Assembly: GCA_002011075.2 (NCBI GenBank)
Contig: MTMA02000006.1
Coordinates: 332,860 to 356,859 of the forward strand
Reading direction: 5' to 3'
DNA length: 24,000 nt
Origin: Candidatus Scotarchaeum otlingeri
GTDB lineage: Archaea > Thermoproteota > Nitrososphaeria > Geothermarchaeales > JDFR-13
The stretch's first letter is position 1; the number at the start of each line of letters is the position of its first letter. Shown here in pieces: positions 17,166 to 24,000 of the stretch. Both the position numbers and the translations under genes were made by a program. The notes beneath the pieces are model-generated. The model was given only the letters and a program-made list of their open reading frames with translations. It did no database searches and was not told where the DNA came from.

Positions 17166-17897
17166 TCAATCGTTTATTATATTTTTAAATCTTAATGCAT
17201 CCTCAAACATATATTTATTGTTAAACATAACATAAGTTGCTTTTTTCGGTCTAAGTTTAGAGATAAATTCAGAAAGCTTAAGCAAATCATCATCTGTATA
17301 TTTGTATCCATAATTATATCCGTTAATTCCATGAAGCCTTAAATAATAAAAGCCTCCCGTTCGCCAGGGTCTCCCTTTGAATGGATCCACACAATGAACG
17401 ATATCTAATTCTTCGAATAAGCGCTTTACCATTGAATGTTCCCATGAATCATGCCTAGGTTCTAATATTAAATGTACATCCCCTCTTCCAATTTCTAATA
17501 GGAATCGTCTTATTTCATCTATATTTTTGTTAGAAATAGAGAGTTTAGGTGGCAATTGTATCAATACCTTATCTGTATTAAGTGCTTTGCGAACTTCATC
17601 TATCCGTCTCCAAGCGTCTATATTTTCAACTGTATATCTTAAATAGCCATAGTTATCTAATTCACCTGGTGGAGGAGTCTTACCATATCTTCTCCAGGTT
17701 GGCATTCCCCAAGGATGCGTAATCGCTTGCCATGCCTTTACTATAAATTCTATATTGGGAGGCGCTTCCTCCCTCCATCGAATGGCTGTTTTTACCATGG
17801 GAAGCTTATAAAAGGTTGATTGTATCTCTATAACATCGAAGAAATTATAATACTTATTTCTAGATACTGGATAGCCGCAACATCCGACCTTTATCAT
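17166..17897 (-). CDS. DUF72 (UPF0759) family protein
   Basis: MIKVGCCGYP...YYNFFDVIEIQSTFYKLP...YLRLHG is the characteristic DUF72 pattern. ATG at 17897 is preferred over TTG at 17909. Confidence 0.75.
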   Translation of the reverse strand: MIKVGCCGYPVSRNKYYNFFDVIEIQSTFYKLPMVKTAIRWREEAPPNIEFIVKAWQAITHPWGMPTWRRYGKTPPPGELDNYGYLRYTVENIDAWRRIDEVRKALNTDKVLIQLPPKLSISNKNIDEIRRFLLEIGRGDVHLILEPRHDSWEHSMVKRLFEELDIVHCVDPFKGRPWRTGGFYYLRLHGINGYNYGYKYTDDDLLKLSEFISKLRPKKATYVMFNNKYMFEDALRFKNIIND

Positions 17898-17930
17898 CAA
17901 AATAAGCAAATTAATTGATTTATTAATATT

Positions 17931-17960
17931 TATATAGGATAGGATATCCTATCCTATATA
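17931..17960. promoter_or_regulatory. Perfect 30-nt palindrome (TATATAGGATAGGAT|ATCCTATCCTATATA) in a divergent promoter region
   Basis: Checked by hand: the reverse complement of 17931-17945 equals 17946-17960. It ends 3 nt before the ATG at 17964. The outer TATATA arms could double as TATA boxes. Confidence 0.6.
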
Positions 17961-17963
17961 GAG

Positions 17964-18497
17964 ATGAACACAAAGCAGCTATCAGCTATCATTGTATTTA
18001 CATCATTAGCAGTTGCAGGTAGGCTTTCCCTTCTAATATTACCTAATATCTCATTGATCATTCCCTTAACTATAATGGCAGGGCTTCTAATGGGTCCTCT
18101 AGTGGGGGGTACAGTAGGATTTCTTTCATTTCTAATTAGTGATCTTTACATAGGTATGGGGATATGGACGTTTATAGATGGAGCTGTAGCAGCGATAATC
18201 GGAATACTGGCTTCCTTTATAACATTACACCATTACTTCGGCAGAACACTTGTTTTCATATACTCCGTTCTACTCACTTTAATATATGATATATTGACTT
18301 CAATTCTCAATATGAGTCTCTTCGGTATCCCTCCACACATTGCTATAATAAATCTCTTTGTACCTGTATTTGTATTCGGAATACCTTATCCAATGGGTCC
18401 TCTTCATGAACTGACTAATGGTATACTAGTCTCCCTAATTTATGAGGGATTAAACAGACATGAATGGATTAAGGAGGTGATATTAAATGCAAAATAG
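17964..18497 (+). CDS. ECF-transporter S-component-like integral membrane protein
   Basis: 177 aa with about 5-6 TM helices. The Gly-rich pattern (MAGLLMGPLVGGTVGFLSFLISDLYIGMGIW) resembles substrate-capture (S) components. It overlaps the downstream DUF4430 gene by 11 nt. Confidence 0.45.
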   Translation: MNTKQLSAIIVFTSLAVAGRLSLLILPNISLIIPLTIMAGLLMGPLVGGTVGFLSFLISDLYIGMGIWTFIDGAVAAIIGILASFITLHHYFGRTLVFIYSVLLTLIYDILTSILNMSLFGIPPHIAIINLFVPVFVFGIPYPMGPLHELTNGILVSLIYEGLNRHEWIKEVILNAK

Positions 18498-18939
18498 AAA
18501 TTTAATCATATTACTTACAATTATGTTAATATGGGCTATATCCGCCAGTGTTGTATCTGCCTATCTCTACAACCAAAATATAACGATGCAAAGAAAGCTA
18601 GTTAGCCTAGAAAGCAAATTTGAGAAGCTAGAGACTTATTATACCGTATACCTAATAATAAACTATTCCAATGGTACGGTTGATAAATTTAAATTATACG
18701 TTCAAGATGGAGTGAACAATACAGTATTCGACATACTCCAAGCCGTTGCAAAGATTGATTATACTTATTATGAATCATTCGGTGATGTGATGATTGATGC
18801 TATTAATGGATTACAAAATAACCCGTCAGAGAGTTATTATTGGCTTTTCTATGTCAATGGGGAATTCTCTACAACAGGCGCGATGAACACTCTTCTCTTT
18901 GATGGAGATAAAGTATTATGGGTATACACAAAAATATAG
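18487..18939 (+). CDS. Membrane-anchored DUF4430 domain protein (transcobalamin C-terminal-like, putative corrinoid binding)
   Basis: It has an N-terminal TM anchor (LIILLTIMLIWAISASVVSAYL). The C-terminal TVFDILQAV...FGDVMIDAINGLQNN...YYWLFYVNGEFSTTGAMNTLLFDGDKVLWVY fits the DUF4430 pattern (xInG...WxYxVNG...GDxIxWxY). Confidence 0.65.
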   Translation: MQNRNLIILLTIMLIWAISASVVSAYLYNQNITMQRKLVSLESKFEKLETYYTVYLIINYSNGTVDKFKLYVQDGVNNTVFDILQAVAKIDYTYYESFGDVMIDAINGLQNNPSESYYWLFYVNGEFSTTGAMNTLLFDGDKVLWVYTKI

Positions 18940-19069
18940 CTCTGTATTAAAGTTAATCCAATACTTTTTATTAATAGAAACTTTCAAGAGAAATTGTAAT
19001 GTGTGTTTCTTTCCTCTAAGTAAAATCACATATACTCAAAATAATAATATTTAGTTCTGGTGATAAAGA

Positions 19070-20275
19070 ATGGACTTTTCACTTGATAAAGAACATGAAT
19101 TATTCAAGAAAACAGTGAGAGAATTCTTACAACGAGAGCTAGAACCCATATCCAAAGATATAGACTCGAAAAAAGAGATACCTAGAGAGTTTATTAAAAA
19201 AATGGCAGAATTTGGTCTTCTTGGGCTCACTCTATCATCTGAATATGGAGGTATCGAGGCAGATAATATATCTGCTGTTATCGCAGCCGAGGAAATCGGC
19301 AGAGCAGACATTAGTGTTGCCACAGCAGTGTACTATTTACTATTAGCTAGCTGGAGTAAGATTCTTGAAAAATATGGAACTGAAGAGGCGAAACAAGAGT
19401 TCCTACCTAAAATAACCAAAGGAGAGTGGTTTATGGGAATTGCTTCCACAGAACCCCATGGAGGATCTGATGTACTAAATATAAACACTACAATGAAAGT
19501 CGAACATAATAATCTAATCGTCAATGGGGAAAAGATTTTTATAAGCGGTGTAAAAGAAGCAAGTTTATATGGCGGTGGATTTGTAACTATCGTAAAACAC
19601 GATCCATCTAAAGGACATAGAGGAATAGCAGCGGTGTTAACTACAATAAAAGATAATGAGCATGTTGAGACTGGTATCATAGAAAATATGGGTAGAGGAG
19701 GAATATCAACAGGTTATATTAAGTATAATGATACACCATACCCCCAGGAATATTTAATCGGAGATATGGAGAGAGGATTTTACTATGCTATGGAGGGCTT
19801 TAATTTGGCTAGGCCGCTAGTGGCTGCTGCCTGTATCGGAGCAGCTGAAAAAGCCCTCGATATAGGACTAGATTTTATAAAAAATAGAATTATGTTTGGA
19901 CGGCCACTAGCTAAATATGAAGCAATCCAATTTGAAGCTGTAGAAGATTATATTAAATTAGAGATGGCTAAAGATCTCGTCTATAAAACTGCATGGATGC
20001 TTGATGAGTACTATCGAAACAAAAGGTTCGCCTTAAGCGATATAAATAAGATGGTAGCCGCCTCGAAATGGATAGCTACGGAGACTGCATATAATATATT
20101 GACGCATGTTATGATGTGGCACGGCGCCCTAGGATACTCAAAAGAATTACCAATAGAACGTGGCTTAAGAGGAATACTGTCATATTTAGTAGGCGCGGAA
20201 GGCGCTATCAATATTATGAAGTTAATAATAGGTAGGGAGCTGTTTGGGAGAGACTTCATGCCAACGAAACCATAG
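19070..20275 (+). CDS. Acyl-CoA dehydrogenase
   Basis: ACAD N-terminus MDFSLDKEHELFKKTVREFLQRE, a middle beta-domain (GIASTEPHGGSDV), and a C-terminal region with a candidate catalytic Glu (YLVGAEGAINIMKLIIGREL). Confidence 0.9.
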   Translation: MDFSLDKEHELFKKTVREFLQRELEPISKDIDSKKEIPREFIKKMAEFGLLGLTLSSEYGGIEADNISAVIAAEEIGRADISVATAVYYLLLASWSKILEKYGTEEAKQEFLPKITKGEWFMGIASTEPHGGSDVLNINTTMKVEHNNLIVNGEKIFISGVKEASLYGGGFVTIVKHDPSKGHRGIAAVLTTIKDNEHVETGIIENMGRGGISTGYIKYNDTPYPQEYLIGDMERGFYYAMEGFNLARPLVAAACIGAAEKALDIGLDFIKNRIMFGRPLAKYEAIQFEAVEDYIKLEMAKDLVYKTAWMLDEYYRNKRFALSDINKMVAASKWIATETAYNILTHVMMWHGALGYSKELPIERGLRGILSYLVGAEGAINIMKLIIGRELFGRDFMPTKP

Positions 20276-20291
20276 CATATAACATGTCCAT

Positions 20292-21206
20292 CTATGATCT
20301 AGTGACACCTTGTTCCTTTAACTTTCTTATCAACAGAGGCAGTATATCATATAGATCTGCAACTACACAGTAGTCTGAATGTTGAAAGATAGGGGCCTCG
20401 GGATCAATGTTTATAGCAAGAATCTTCTTTGCTCTCCTAATACCAGCCAAATGTTGTGGTTGACCAGAGATCCCTATGGCTATATACAATCTCGGTTCAA
20501 CTTTTTTTCCGGATAATCCTATCCATCTTTCTTCGGGGAGCCATTTAAGATCCGTAGCTATAGGTCTGCTGCATCCAACAACGCCACCAACTATATTGGA
20601 TAATTCTTCTGCTAATTCCAAGTCCTTTATGTTCTTGAAGCCTCTCCCGACGGAAACTATTACATCTGCATATTGTATATCTATCTTATCTTTCTCTTTC
20701 TCTTTCTCTGTTAATATTTTATAGAATGGACTTGATTCACTCAGATATATAGCTTCCTTTGCCTCCTTATTTAAATTACCTTCAACCTTTGAAGGATTAA
20801 TGGTTAGAAAAATGGGTGTTTCTCTAACACGATACTTGACGATTAATTCCCCGGTAAATATCGTCTTCTTTATCACAAATCCTTGTTCATCCCTATATAT
20901 ATCATCTATAAAACCTATATATTCTCCGCTTAACAACCCCGCTAGATAGGGTATGTATGAGGTAACCCAGCTACTTGTATCCCCAACAATAATAGATACG
21001 TCATGAATCCTCAGAATATCTATCATGGAAGTTAATGTAGCTGTACCCATGACCTCAGGAATTATATATACCTTATCTATAGTCTGTGGATAAGTTTTCA
21101 TCTCGATATTGCTAAATAGTACATTGTTGTTAATTCCTAGTCTATCCAGTAAGCTAGTTAAATAATCTATACTATTAGGATCGCCTATAAAGAGAGCTCC
21201 CCTCAT
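20292..21206 (-). CDS. etfA: Electron transfer flavoprotein, alpha subunit
   Basis: C-terminal FAD-binding signature VGCSRPIATDLKWLPEERWIGLSGKKVEPRLYIAIGISGQPQHLAGIRRAKKILAINIDPEAPIF..ADLYDILP. The start overlaps the etfB stop by 4 nt. Confidence 0.9.
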   Translation of the reverse strand: MRGALFIGDPNSIDYLTSLLDRLGINNNVLFSNIEMKTYPQTIDKVYIIPEVMGTATLTSMIDILRIHDVSIIVGDTSSWVTSYIPYLAGLLSGEYIGFIDDIYRDEQGFVIKKTIFTGELIVKYRVRETPIFLTINPSKVEGNLNKEAKEAIYLSESSPFYKILTEKEKEKDKIDIQYADVIVSVGRGFKNIKDLELAEELSNIVGGVVGCSRPIATDLKWLPEERWIGLSGKKVEPRLYIAIGISGQPQHLAGIRRAKKILAINIDPEAPIFQHSDYCVVADLYDILPLLIRKLKEQGVTRS

Positions 21207-21943
21207 AAAATCCTCTCCTCCCTAAAAATATCTAATATAAAATTCACCGAGTCCTCAATACTACCAGTTGATATTCTTCTTTCCCTTTTGACTTCAAATC
21301 TATCTAATCCAATCACTTCTAATGGAGCTGCATAACTCTTCTTACCTATGAGCTTCTCTATGTGAACTTGATGAATTATCTTCTTTGATGCCCGAAGAAG
21401 TTGAAGTATGGTGACTATCTTTGGTTTGCCGAATTCTCTAGTTATCTCCAGGACAAATGGATATTCCACAGAAACTTTATATTCCTTGTCAAGGTCTAAG
21501 GTACAAATAATATTACCATTATTTTCCTCCAGAACTTTACATCTAGGTATGAATGGCAATCCTAGTCTTGAAGCGACCAATGCACCTATCCTCGAGTCAT
21601 ATAAGTCAGATGAAGCTTCGCCTGATAATATGATATTATATTCAATTTCTCTAAGTATACTCTCGATCGCAGCGGATATAACTGTCCCACTAAAAATATA
21701 TTCATTTGTTACTATGTGATAAGCCATATCTCCACCATAAGCTAAAGCTTCTCTTATAACATCAGTGATATCTTCGGGTCCAACTGATATAACAGTAATA
21801 TTTCCATCAAATGTTTTCTTTAGTAATAATGCAGCTTCCAAAACATTTCTATCTATGTCATTCAGTTTCCACTTAGTAACATTGAGCTTATTATCAATCT
21901 TGTAAACCGCTGGAATAGCCTTTATAAGACTTACAATCTCCAT
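21203..21943 (-). CDS. etfB: Electron transfer flavoprotein, beta subunit
   Basis: MEIVSLIKAIP... is the typical EtfB N-terminus, and the gene sits directly upstream of etfA. ATG at 21943 is preceded by GGTGA about 8 nt upstream. The longest ORF starts at 21973. Confidence 0.85.
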   Translation of the reverse strand: MEIVSLIKAIPAVYKIDNKLNVTKWKLNDIDRNVLEAALLLKKTFDGNITVISVGPEDITDVIREALAYGGDMAYHIVTNEYIFSGTVISAAIESILREIEYNIILSGEASSDLYDSRIGALVASRLGLPFIPRCKVLEENNGNIICTLDLDKEYKVSVEYPFVLEITREFGKPKIVTILQLLRASKKIIHQVHIEKLIGKKSYAAPLEVIGLDRFEVKRERRISTGSIEDSVNFILDIFREERIL

Positions 21944-22076
21944 ATTGTTCACCTTTGATGATATATTACCCATATTATAGAGATAACTCGACCGTGTTCT
22001 ATATACAAAGTTTAAATAGTGTTCTATAACTAAAATATAAGTCGACGCATATTTATTATAACGGTTGTGATGCTAT

Positions 22077-22364
22077 ATGGTTAAAAAAAGAAAAAATAGG
22101 GGGCGTCATAAAGGAAGAGGTAAAAAGGGTAGATCTGGATATATATCATGTAGTAACTGTGGTGCTAGAATACCCCGGGATAAGGCTATTAGAAGAGTAG
22201 TATGGAGATCCTATGTTGATCCTCAGCTGAGTCAAGAACTAAAAAAACAAGGAGCCATTATCTTAAAGCAACCCTTAGTTAAATATTACTGTGTGTCATG
22301 TGCAATACATTTTGGTGTTGTACGTATAGGAATGTCAGCTGAGAGAAAAGCTAGAGAAGGCTAA
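22077..22364 (+). CDS. rps26e: 30S ribosomal protein eS26
   Basis: MVKKRKNRGRHKGRGKKGRSGYISCSNCGARIPRDKAIRR... with a second Cys pair (YYCVSCAIH), which is the eS26 zinc-ribbon pattern. Confidence 0.9.
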   Translation: MVKKRKNRGRHKGRGKKGRSGYISCSNCGARIPRDKAIRRVVWRSYVDPQLSQELKKQGAIILKQPLVKYYCVSCAIHFGVVRIGMSAERKAREG

Positions 22365-23383
22365 ATCTGCCTTAGCCCTTCTCTTATAGTTAGGATTAAT
22401 TTCTCAATCTCTTCTTCAGTATGCCTATAATGAACAGATATAATCAGATTTCTATTTTCTCTTGATATAATTATCTTCTTTTTTGTCAAATATTTCTGAA
22501 GTTTACTGGCGTCGAATTCTCCAGAGAACGCCACTATTCCCGCTCTTCTCCTCTTCGAAGAAGGAGTTAATATTTTTATTTTGGGATTTATTCCTAAATC
22601 GTCGATAATCCATTGTGTCAAACTTAATACCCTCTTCTCTATATTATCAATTCCCTCTTCCAAAATACTGCTTAGAGATTTATTCAACGCATCATACATC
22701 GCTAAGTATGGATGTAGCCATGTAAAATAACTTGGCGTAGGATTTCTGTCAATATATAATTTAATAAATTTAGGTGTCATTTGTTTAATAATTTTATCGC
22801 TAACATAGATGACACCTGCTGCAGGAGGAGACATCAACCAATGATTTGATTCTGCGCAGAGTACATCTAAGCGGTTAGTATTTATTTTTATAGCGCCTAT
22901 TGAATATGTAGCATCTACAATAAGAATATTGTTATATGCTTTACAAACATCATAGACTAAACCTAGATCTGATTTAAATCCATTTTCAGGATATACATGA
23001 GGCATGAATGAAATGTTATTTCCTTTTCTAATTTCTTCAAGAGATTCTTCTTCAGCAGCATGAGACCCGTATCCTAATTTGATTCTGACATTATAACCTA
23101 AAGCACTGAAATTCTCGAAAAAACTGACAGTATTGTCATACTTACCTCTACATATAAATATAGACTGGTCAAAATGTGTATACGCTGAAAGTATTAGTTC
23201 GAATATAGAATAGTAGGGGCAAGGGGTCAAAATTATGTTTCTTTGTTTAACTTTCAGTAATTTGGCATATAGTTCACATGCTTTAGACAAGATAGTTTCG
23301 AGGTTTAATTGTACATATTTGTTTTCTTTTTGTATTCTCAGCGGATATGATGTAACTATATCGAAATATAAATAGCTCTTCAT
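22361..23383 (-). CDS. Fold-type I PLP-dependent enzyme homologue (aminotransferase class V / cysteine desulfurase-like), apparently lacking the PLP lysine
   Basis: ILIVDATYSIGAIKIN aligns with the (V)DA(v)qS(v)G Asp motif. DVLCAESNHWLMSPPAAGVIYVS aligns with the class V pattern D..s.s.HKW(L).gP.G.G.ly, but H-K is replaced by H-W. At 340 aa it is shorter than typical family members. Confidence 0.55.
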   Translation of the reverse strand: MKSYLYFDIVTSYPLRIQKENKYVQLNLETILSKACELYAKLLKVKQRNIILTPCPYYSIFELILSAYTHFDQSIFICRGKYDNTVSFFENFSALGYNVRIKLGYGSHAAEEESLEEIRKGNNISFMPHVYPENGFKSDLGLVYDVCKAYNNILIVDATYSIGAIKINTNRLDVLCAESNHWLMSPPAAGVIYVSDKIIKQMTPKFIKLYIDRNPTPSYFTWLHPYLAMYDALNKSLSSILEEGIDNIEKRVLSLTQWIIDDLGINPKIKILTPSSKRRRAGIVAFSGEFDASKLQKYLTKKKIIISRENRNLIISVHYRHTEEEIEKLILTIREGLRQI

Positions 23384-23531
23384 CTAGGCCCTCCACTATA
23401 AATTTCGAAATAGTTTGTTAATATTAAATAAGTGACCCTCAAATTCGAAATCATCATTATCAACAGAATTTTTTTAAATAGATAACTGACTATTATTGAT
23501 TTAATAAACCGTCGAAATATTTCTTTAATTG

Positions 23532-24000
23532 ATGAGCAATTATTTAGATGTTAAGAAAAAAATCTATGGGGACATAATGACTTCTATGGATTTAAATGAG
23601 GCACTACGAAAATGGCGGAAGATATTTAATATCTCACAAGTCGATCTAGCACGTCGAATGAGGGTCTCACCATCTGTAGTCTCGGAATATGAAAATAATA
23701 AAGAACGTGTGCCTGGAACCCGGTTTATAAGAAAATATGTAAATTCACTCATAGATATCGACATATCTCGAGGAAGCAAAATAATAAATCTAATATCTAA
23801 GGAACCATCGGAGTCCTCGTCTTCGGGAATACTATCTATTAAGGACTTTGTTGATCCGATCTCGGCAGCTAAGTATATAGAGGCAACGGAAAGCGAGATA
23901 ATCGTCGGAAGACGACTGATAGAAAATACAAAGTTGTATGGACATACAATAATAGATGGTATTGTCGCTATCTTATCTCTTAGTGGAGAAGGGTTCTACA
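23532..24000 (+). CDS. XRE-family HTH transcriptional regulator (COG1395-like archaeal regulator), 3' end outside the window
   Basis: My own translation is open to the window end: MSNYLDVKKKIYGDIMTSMDLNEALRKWRKIFNISQVDLARRMRVSPSVVSEYENNKERVPGTRFIRKYVNSLIDID... This has the Cro/C1-type HTH signature (ISQxxLAxxxxVSxSxVSxYE). The alternative start is ATG at 23577. It is absent from the ORF track because no stop occurs within the window. Confidence 0.7.
   Translation, partial: MSNYLDVKKKIYGDIMTSMDLNEALRKWRKIFNISQVDLARRMRVSPSVVSEYENNKERVPGTRFIRKYVNSLIDIDISRGSKIINLISKEPSESSSSGILSIKDFVDPISAAKYIEATESEIIVGRRLIENTKLYGHTIIDGIVAILSLSGEGFY

Noticed and set aside
23401-23520. Repeated TCGAAAT motif (AATTTCGAAAT at 23401, AAATTCGAAATC at 23441, GTCGAAAT at 23511) between the PLP-like gene and the XRE regulator, as possible operators.
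   Set aside because: The A/T-rich 7-8-mers recur at irregular spacing (40 and 67 nt) within a 148-nt AT-rich region. This is within chance expectation. It may deserve a look only if the motif is conserved in related genomes.
1-24000. CRISPR arrays, transposases/IS elements, toxin-antitoxin pairs and other known defence systems.
   Set aside because: No regularly spaced direct repeats, terminal inverted repeats or recognisable cas, transposase or TA-type ORFs were seen on either strand.

Overview
This is an AT-rich archaeal chromosomal segment. Several features point to a thermophilic crenarchaeote of the Desulfurococcales/Sulfolobales type, although the taxon cannot be fixed from the sequence alone: a class I LysRS, an archaeal-type ProRS, ribosomal protein eS26, class III signal peptides, an intron-containing tRNA, and TATA boxes about 25 nt upstream of start codons. 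Most of the window is housekeeping. It encodes the argS 3' end, lysS, proS, tRNA-Arg(GCG), rps26e, an NAD(P)HX dehydratase, acyl-CoA dehydrogenase with etfBA, a YtcJ-like amidohydrolase, and DUF72, DUF123 and DUF763 proteins. The main accessory system is a compact five-gene type IV pilus-like operon at 5548-11690. It has two small pilins, a 705-aa protein carrying the same prepilin signal, a FlaI/VirB11-family ATPase and a FlaJ/TadC-like platform. A PibD/FlaK-type prepilin peptidase lies about 3 kb upstream. The operon is not an archaellum and I could not assign it to a characterised archaeal pilus family by eye. Other points worth a second look: an orphan C5 DNA methyltransferase; a tRNA-Arg with one canonical intron and a probable second, non-canonical one; a candidate C/D-box sRNA; a perfect 30-nt palindrome directly upstream of a translationally coupled pair (ECF-S-like membrane protein plus DUF4430, a B12-binding-like domain); and a fold-type-I PLP enzyme homologue that appears to lack the Schiff-base lysine. 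No CRISPR array, transposase or integrase was seen. All homology calls rest on motif recognition by eye and were not searched against any database.
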